Assembly (NCBI GenBank): GCA_963666515.2
Contig: OY762897.2
Span: forward strand, 128,001 to 192,000
Source: Candidatus Binatia bacterium
Lineage (GTDB): Bacteria > Desulfobacterota > Binatia > UBA9968 > JAJDTQ01
Direction: 5' to 3'
DNA: 64,000 nucleotides
Shown: in pieces, positions 57,756 to 64,000 of the stretch
How positions within the stretch are numbered: position 1 is the first letter of the stretch
Layout of the letters: the number at the start of each line of letters is the position of its first letter
The notes under the pieces: generated by a model
What the model was told of the DNA's origin: nothing
Seen by the model: only the letters and a program-made list of their open reading frames with translations
Database searches by the model: none
Program-made: the position numbers and the translations under genes

Positions 57756-58301
57756 TTATCCCCAGAACAGCCTGAGAAACGGCGGGTCGTGCCAGGTGGC
57801 GTTCAGGAACCGGTCGTAGACCCCCACGATCAGCGCCAGGAACAGGAGCCCCAGGATCGCGGACCAGATCCACCCGGCGCGGCCCCAGACCTTTACGTAG
57901 AAGAAAACGCCGAGGGGGATGGCGATGTGGAAACCCACCAGCCAGATGGCGGCGTAAAGGCCCACGATGTAGAGACAGATGCGGGCGAAACGCAAGCGTT
58001 CGCCGCGGGGGTCGGCGCCGGTGCGAAAGCCCAGGTCCATGATCATGTCGGACGAGGTTTCCCGCGTGCTGCGGACCAGCGCGACCAGACGCGCGACCCA
58101 GAAGGGCGTGCCTATCACGATGGCGATACGCGGCATCAGGGCCGAGCCGGTAGGCCAGGAGAAGGACTCGATGAACATGTAGAGGAAGAGGGCGCCGACG
58201 ATAGCCAGCAGGATGATCTCCCCCACCACCTCAAGGGAGAAGCCGCGCCGCGCCGTTCCCGCCGGATCGTTGCCCGGGCTCATATTCTCGCCTCCGTCCA
58301 T
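57756..58301 (-). CDS. tctB: TctB-like small membrane subunit
   Basis: Hydrophobic helices; translationally coupled downstream of tctA. Confidence 0.78.
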   Translation of the reverse strand: MDGGENMSPGNDPAGTARRGFSLEVVGEIILLAIVGALFLYMFIESFSWPTGSALMPRIAIVIGTPFWVARLVALVRSTRETSSDMIMDLGFRTGADPRGERLRFARICLYIVGLYAAIWLVGFHIAIPLGVFFYVKVWGRAGWIWSAILGLLFLALIVGVYDRFLNATWHDPPFLRLFWG

Positions 58302-59836
58302 CAGTCGTCATCCAGGTCAGCTTCCTGCCTTCCGCCCGTGGACTCCTCCGCGGCCCTCTTGGCGCCTTGCTGCATCCGCAGGCTCACCACCATCACTGCG
58401 ATCATGATCACGACGATGGACAGGAACTGCGGGCGCGAGAACATGGACCAGCCGTAGGTGTTGGCCGAAAGCCACAGGTACTTCTCCACGATGTCGGCCA
58501 GCACCACCGCGATGAGGATCGGCGGGCGGGGCCAGCCGTAGCGCTTCATGAACAGGCCCAGCACGCCGAAGGCCAGGACCAGGCCCAGGTCCTCCATGGA
58601 ATAGGTGGCCTGGAACGCGGCCAGGGTCACCAGGCCGATGATGATGGGCGCGAGGATGTTGGGGGAGATGGCAGCGACGCGCGTCAGGTAGGGCGCGAAA
58701 TAGAGCATGATGGGCACGACGATGACGTTGCCCAGCACGATGGTGTAGACCAGGCTGACGGTGAGGTCGAGGTTCTCGGTCAGCATGGCCGGGCCCGGCT
58801 GCACCCCCGAAAGCACCAGGATCGCCAGCAGGATGGCCATGCCGCCGCTGCCCGGTATCCCGAACACCACCGTGGGGATCAGCACGCCCCCGTCCACCGA
58901 GTTGTTGGCCGAGTCGGCCGCGATGACGCCGCGCACGTCGCCCGTGCCGAAGGTCTCCATGGCGCCCTTCTCGGTATGGCGCGCCTGGGCGTAGGCGATC
59001 CAGTGAGCCCCGGAGGAGCCGATGCCCGGCATCATCCCCACGAAGGTGCCGATGAGCGACGAGCGCACCAGCAGCCACTTGTTGTTGAGGGCTTCCTTCA
59101 TGCCCTTGTAGACGTCCTTGTCCGCCTCCTTCAGCATGGTCTCCAGGCGTTCGCGGGCGATGGGGGTGTTGGACACCACCAGGTCCACCACCTCGGGCAG
59201 GGCGAACAGGCCGATGACCACCGGAGCCAGGGGGATGCCGTCCCAGAGGTAGTCGATGCCGAAGGTGGTGCGAACGTTGCCGCCGATGACGGAGAATCCG
59301 ATCATGGAGATGGCGAGCCCGAAGCAGGCCGTCAGCATGCCCTTGACGAAGGCGCCCGAGCTGACGATGGCCACGCACATGAGGCCCAGCAGTGACAACA
59401 GGAAGAATTCGGCGGCGCCGAACAGCCTCAGCAGCTCACGGGAGATGGGCAGGGCCAGCAAGAGCGCCATCGCGCCGATGATGCCGCCCACCAGCGTGCA
59501 CATGTAGCTGGCGCCCAGGGCCACGCCCGCCAGCCCCTTGCGCGCCAGCGGGTAGCCGTCGAGGATGGTCGCCTGGGCCGAGCGGGCGCCGGGAATGCCC
59601 ATGAGGATGGAGGGGACGGGCTCGGTGATGTCGCTGGCCGCCAGGAAGAAGACCACCGCGGTCACGGTGATCCACGGGTCCACGTACCCGGCGAACCCCA
59701 GCAGCACCACGGCGACCGGCAGGTTTCCGCCGGGCATCAGCCCCGACACCAGCGCGATGGGCAGCATCAGCAGGATCACCAGCAGCGGCCCGAGGGAAAA
59801 CAGCTTCTCCGCCGCCTCTATGGACGCTTCCCACAT
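58301..59836 (-). CDS. tctA: Tripartite tricarboxylate transporter large permease
   Basis: GIPGARSAQATILDGYPLARKG, ADSANNS and PTVVFGIPG. Confidence 0.9.
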   Translation of the reverse strand: MWEASIEAAEKLFSLGPLLVILLMLPIALVSGLMPGGNLPVAVVLLGFAGYVDPWITVTAVVFFLAASDITEPVPSILMGIPGARSAQATILDGYPLARKGLAGVALGASYMCTLVGGIIGAMALLLALPISRELLRLFGAAEFFLLSLLGLMCVAIVSSGAFVKGMLTACFGLAISMIGFSVIGGNVRTTFGIDYLWDGIPLAPVVIGLFALPEVVDLVVSNTPIARERLETMLKEADKDVYKGMKEALNNKWLLVRSSLIGTFVGMMPGIGSSGAHWIAYAQARHTEKGAMETFGTGDVRGVIAADSANNSVDGGVLIPTVVFGIPGSGGMAILLAILVLSGVQPGPAMLTENLDLTVSLVYTIVLGNVIVVPIMLYFAPYLTRVAAISPNILAPIIIGLVTLAAFQATYSMEDLGLVLAFGVLGLFMKRYGWPRPPILIAVVLADIVEKYLWLSANTYGWSMFSRPQFLSIVVIMIAVMVVSLRMQQGAKRAAEESTGGRQEADLDDD

Positions 59837-59974
59837 TGGTTCCTCATGAGTTCTCGTTCAGGGAGGTCTTGAAATGCCTGGAATGTGAAGTGCTGACTTG
59901 CCATGACCGGCGTGCCGTGTCAACTTCCCGGCGATGCCGGCGATCCATGTTCGCCTGCGTCCGTTGGGAAAGAG

Positions 59975-60844
59975 ATGTCCGCCGAACTGCTCGCGCTCCT
60001 CACCGCCTTGTCCTACGCCACGTCGAACATCTCGGCCCGGTGGGGGATGCGGTATTCGACACCCAATACCGCGACGCTTTTTTCGTTGTCGATTCACGCC
60101 GTCGGGCTGCCCGCGATCGTGTTGATCACCCAGGGGCTCCCGGCCGTTCCCGGCACCGCGCTCTACCTGGTGGCCGCCACCGGCCTGTTGCAGGCGGTGC
60201 TGCGCACCTGCCACTACTTGGCCATTTCCAAGGTGGGCGTGTCCCGGGCCGTCACCCTGCGCAATACGCACCCCATGCTCACGGTGGTGATCGGCGTCAC
60301 GGTGCTGGGGGAGCAGACCAATGCCCTCAATCTCGCGGGCGTGTTGCTGATCGTCGGCGGCACGGCGCTCACCTCATGGAGAATGGACGAGCAGATCCCC
60401 AACTTTCGTCCCTGGTACCTGCTGTTGCCGGTGGCGACCTCGGTCATGACCTCCACCGTGCATCCCATCCGGCGATACGCCATGCTCCTGGCCGACGAGC
60501 CCCTCTTCTTCGCCGCGCTGGTGGGGATCGTCTCCCTGGGCTGCTTCACCACCTATCTGGCGCTGCCGCTGCCGCGGGACCCCATCGTCTGGCACCGCAA
60601 GGCGATGCTCCCCCTCGCCATCTCCGGCGCCTGCGAGACCCTGGCGATCCTGCTCCTGTTCTTCGCCCTGGCGGCGGGCCCGACGGTGGTCGTCTCGCCC
60701 ATGACCGCCACCTCGCCGGTATGGACCGTGCTCCTGGCCAGCATCGTGCTGCGCCGCATCGAGAACACCACCCCGGCCGTGGTCTTCGGCACGGTGCTGG
60801 TGGTGGGCGGCGCCATCTGCGTGACCCTCGGACGGCACTGGTAA
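59975..60844 (+). CDS. EamA/DMT family transporter
   Basis: About 10 hydrophobic segments in two EamA-like halves (GVSRAVTL; GPTVVVSP). Confidence 0.85.
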   Translation: MSAELLALLTALSYATSNISARWGMRYSTPNTATLFSLSIHAVGLPAIVLITQGLPAVPGTALYLVAATGLLQAVLRTCHYLAISKVGVSRAVTLRNTHPMLTVVIGVTVLGEQTNALNLAGVLLIVGGTALTSWRMDEQIPNFRPWYLLLPVATSVMTSTVHPIRRYAMLLADEPLFFAALVGIVSLGCFTTYLALPLPRDPIVWHRKAMLPLAISGACETLAILLLFFALAAGPTVVVSPMTATSPVWTVLLASIVLRRIENTTPAVVFGTVLVVGGAICVTLGRHW

Positions 60845-60869
60845 GGGAGGCGGCCTGACGAGACGCCGG

Positions 60870-61529
60870 TTACACCGCTGTCAGGTGTCCGGTCTTGGTG
60901 TAGAAGACGCACCCCGCGTGGGTGCGAAGCGCGTACGAACTGCCCGGAGGGTTTCGAAGCCAAGTTCCCTTGGGGTGGGCGCCGTCGTCGTCCTCGAGGA
61001 CGCCTTCGAGCACCCAGATCTCCTCGCCGGCGGGATGATGGCGCCGCTCCAGGCGGGTTCCGGCCTCAAGCTTCGTCAATGCCACGGTTTCGGACTCCGA
61101 TGAGTGAAGCGGCATGACGAGAAGCCCGGGTTCGCTTCCCGGAGCCCACGGTGTGCCGGCGGTATCGACGCGCACGAACTGGCGCTCTTCCATGTCCATC
61201 TGCCGGAGCTTCACGAACAGCGTGCAGCCGTCGCGGCTGTGGGGACTGTGCCGGGAGCCCGGCGGGTTCCGCACGTAGGTGCCGGTGGGATAGTCCCCAT
61301 GCTCGTCGGAGAACACGCCGTCGAGCACCAGGAACTCCTCGCCCAACCCGTGGGAGTGTGCCGGGAAGCGGCTTCCGGGCGCATAGCGGACGATGCTCGT
61401 GGCCCGCGCCACCTCCTCGCCGTCGCGCTCCAGCATGCGCCGCTGGACCCCAGCAAGCGGCGAGTCGGTCCACGGCATGTCCTCCGTGTAAAGGACCACG
61501 CGTCGCGATATGTCCGCGTTCAGCAGCAT
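60870..61529 (-). CDS. ChrR-like double-cupin protein
   Basis: GVQRRMLERDGEEVARATSIVRYAPGSRFPAHSHGLGEEFLVL...YVRNPPGS. Confidence 0.88.
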   Translation of the reverse strand: MLLNADISRRVVLYTEDMPWTDSPLAGVQRRMLERDGEEVARATSIVRYAPGSRFPAHSHGLGEEFLVLDGVFSDEHGDYPTGTYVRNPPGSRHSPHSRDGCTLFVKLRQMDMEERQFVRVDTAGTPWAPGSEPGLLVMPLHSSESETVALTKLEAGTRLERRHHPAGEEIWVLEGVLEDDDGAHPKGTWLRNPPGSSYALRTHAGCVFYTKTGHLTAV

Positions 61530-61646
61530 GTCGGTGGTTCCCGTATCGCAGGCCGCCGGTTGACCTGTCCGGCCGGGTCATATTAACTTTCGTGGCTCAA
61601 TACAACCTTCGACACCAAGTCGGCACGACGATACAGGAGGAATCCG

Positions 61647-62714
61647 ATGGCCAAAGCCAAAGTGTTCATATTCGCTCCCAACGATGAGAAGGGGGACTCC
61701 CACAGGAAGCTCGAGAGCAACGGCTGCGAGCTGGTCCTGGGCAAGGCCGGCTGGCACACGCCCCAGGGTGACAACGAGGCGGAGATGGTCGGCATGGCCC
61801 AGGGAGCCCACGCATTGGTCGGCACGTCCATCCGCAGCTCTCCCATCAGCCAGACCATCATGCAGTCCTCCAAAGATCTCCGGGTGGTGGCCAAGTACAC
61901 CATCGGCGTGGACGACGTGGACGTGGACGCGGCCACGGAGATGGGCATCATGGTGTGCCACGCGCCTACGGAGTCCAATTGGGGCGGCGTCGCCGAGGGC
62001 ACCATCACCGGCATGCTGACCATGCTCAAGCGTACGCGCGAGCGCGACCGGCACCTGAAGTCGGGCGGCGAGTGGCGCGACTTGAGCCACCAGGGAACCT
62101 ACGTGGGGTCCCGCGAGATGGACGGCTACCCCGGCATCGTGCTGGGCATCATCGGCCTGGGGCGCATCGGCACCCGCGTGGCCAAGCTCATGAAGCCCTG
62201 GGGCATGCGCATGATCGCCTGCGATCCCTACGTGCCCGACGAGAAGTTCGCCGAGGCCGGCGTCGAGAAGGTGGACCTGGCGACGCTGCTGCGCGAGTCC
62301 GACGTGGTGACGCTCCACGTCGTCCTCACCAAGGAGACCCGCCACATGATGGGAATGGCGCAGTTCTCGCAGATGAAGAAGGACGCCATCTTCATCAACA
62401 CGTCGCGCGGCTACTGCTGCAACGAGCCGGACCTCGCCGAGGCGCTGGAAAACGACGTCATCTCGGGCGCGGTCCTCGACGTCTTCGAGGACGAGCCCCT
62501 GTCCATGGACAGCCCGCTACGGAAGCTCGGCGACAAGGTGATCCTGTCGCCCCACATGGTCTCCTCCAACAAGGGCAGCGGACTCCATCCCGGCGTGGTC
62601 TGGGCCACCGAATCGGTCCTCACCGCGCTCCGCGGCGAGGTCCCGGACAACGTCTACAACAAGGAGGTCATCGAGCAGTGGAAAAGCCGCTTCGGCGGCA
62701 AGAGCCTGCTGTGA
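61647..62714 (+). CDS. D-isomer-specific 2-hydroxyacid dehydrogenase
   Basis: GIIGLGRIG, FINTSRG, LDVFEDEP and LSPH. Confidence 0.9.
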   Translation: MAKAKVFIFAPNDEKGDSHRKLESNGCELVLGKAGWHTPQGDNEAEMVGMAQGAHALVGTSIRSSPISQTIMQSSKDLRVVAKYTIGVDDVDVDAATEMGIMVCHAPTESNWGGVAEGTITGMLTMLKRTRERDRHLKSGGEWRDLSHQGTYVGSREMDGYPGIVLGIIGLGRIGTRVAKLMKPWGMRMIACDPYVPDEKFAEAGVEKVDLATLLRESDVVTLHVVLTKETRHMMGMAQFSQMKKDAIFINTSRGYCCNEPDLAEALENDVISGAVLDVFEDEPLSMDSPLRKLGDKVILSPHMVSSNKGSGLHPGVVWATESVLTALRGEVPDNVYNKEVIEQWKSRFGGKSLL

Positions 62715-62796
62715 GGGTGGGTTGACCGGTCAGGTGCCAGGAGCCTGCGTCGCATTGCTACGGCGCCAAAGACAGGTTGAGATTGCTGTGGCCCGG

Positions 62797-63104
62797 TTAT
62801 TGGTCAAGTAGTCCCAACTTGTCTGCAAGTCGCCGTGCCAGTTCCTGGTCATGTTCGGCGATCATGGCGATATCGCCGCTGTCCATATCCGCGACATTGG
62901 GGAAGTCCTCACCCGGAACGCCGGACTGGACCCAGACGATATAAGCCCCATTATAGCAATCCAGGTGAGAGCGTATTGTGTGGATATTGTCGCCGTTGGC
63001 CTGTTTCGTGAATAGATGAACCTCGCCTTTTCAATGGCCAGTTCGCAAGAGTCGCACGGGTAACTCTTGCCTGCCCTCCTCTCTTCCTGTGTCAGGATTT
63101 CCAT
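62797..63104 (-). pseudogene. Frameshifted small Zn-finger protein
   Basis: Adding one A in GAAAAG (63027-63032) gives a 102-aa ORF: RRAGKSYPCDSCELAIEKGEVH...HLDC...LGLLDQ*. Confidence 0.55.
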
Positions 63105-63207
63105 TCTCCCGATGCCCTTCCCCCTAATCGACTCGCTGGGAGAAACCTCATAGCATCAAGTCCATTAATGAGCCAACGAAAGTACTGGGTGTAGTGGAGG
63201 GCGACGC

Positions 63208-63894
63208 ATGTCGAATGGGCAGCCATGGAATTGGGATGAGATAGTCCTCGTGCTAGAGGCCCACCTGTCAGGGGCAGTTCCCACGGAGAAAGACCAACGA
63301 GTGGTTGAATTAACCCAGCTTCTTCCTCACTCATCTGGCAGCATCCGTGCGCTGCTCAGGAATTTTCATTCGCTCGATCCAGAAAAGACAAGCGGCGCTC
63401 CCCATGGATCAAGGACTACTAAGCAGGTATGGGATGAGTTCTCCAACGACCGGCCCCGCCTCGGGTCTGTCGCCGCCACCTTACGAAAAGAAGCCAAGGA
63501 AATGCGAGGGTCCGGCGGGTCGCTGGATACGGAGCTAATAGATGACGTCGCTGAGGCGCCTGAGGGAAGAATCGCCACGCGGGTTCATATGGTCCGTGAA
63601 CGCAACCAGGGACTGGTAAAGCGCAAGAAGCAGCGCGAACTCAAGAAAACTGGTCGGCTGGTTTGTGAGGTGTGCCGGTTCGATTTTGCAGAACGGTATG
63701 GAGAAAGAGGCAAGGAGTTCATCGAGTGCCACCACACCAAGCCTTTGAGCGACCTAAAGCGCGAAACCAAAATTCCTCTGAGGGATTTGGCGCTGTTGTG
63801 TTCAAACTGCCACCGGATGATTCACGTAAGACGGCCATGGTTAGAGGTGGCGGATCTCATAAAGCTGATCAATAGTCCTCACCCGTCTTCCTGA
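63208..63894 (+). CDS. HNH endonuclease, McrA-like
   Basis: EGRIATRVH..RERN, CEVCRFDF...YG..GKEFIECHH.KPLS and LCSNCHRMIH. Confidence 0.88.
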   Translation: MSNGQPWNWDEIVLVLEAHLSGAVPTEKDQRVVELTQLLPHSSGSIRALLRNFHSLDPEKTSGAPHGSRTTKQVWDEFSNDRPRLGSVAATLRKEAKEMRGSGGSLDTELIDDVAEAPEGRIATRVHMVRERNQGLVKRKKQRELKKTGRLVCEVCRFDFAERYGERGKEFIECHHTKPLSDLKRETKIPLRDLALLCSNCHRMIHVRRPWLEVADLIKLINSPHPSS

Positions 63895-64000
63895 CTCCCT
63901 GTAAGGACCGTCCGGCGGTAGTCGCAGTTAGGGAGACTCCGATCGCAGTAGGTTCCGGCCGGGTCACATAGCGCCGGTGCTTGTCGCGGCCCCCAGAGGA

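Overview
High-GC bacterial window, mostly catabolic genes: amidohydrolases, UbiD, hydantoinase A/B, amidase, nitrilase, an AtzD/barbiturase-family enzyme with FdrA and DUF1116, TRAP/TAXI and two Tct transporters, plus topB. This gene content resembles Binatia-like environmental Deltaproteobacteria (inference only). Three accessory patches interrupt it. (1) 1.0-6.2 kb: mazEF directly upstream of a type I-C CRISPR-Cas locus in which the start of cas8c is fused in frame to the end of cas1 (cas7 and cas4 missing); the array has 10 identical repeats and all 9 spacers end in G. (2) 18.7-33.2 kb: an island bracketed by an exact 28-bp direct repeat. It holds a tightly coupled four-gene operon (DruA/DUF4338-like protein, DndF-like P-loop protein, 444-aa unknown, and a ~1,600-aa protein with a PD-(D/E)XK motif fused to a complete RuvB-like motor). 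The last gene is split by an IS1634-type element whose removal restores the frame. The island also has an AAA-DUF4143 gene and an NYN RNase preceded by a promoter and two UUCG hairpins. (3) 62.8-63.9 kb: a frameshifted Zn-finger gene and an McrA-like HNH nuclease. The four-gene operon is the best candidate for an undescribed defence system. All family assignments come from reading motifs by eye; no searches were run.
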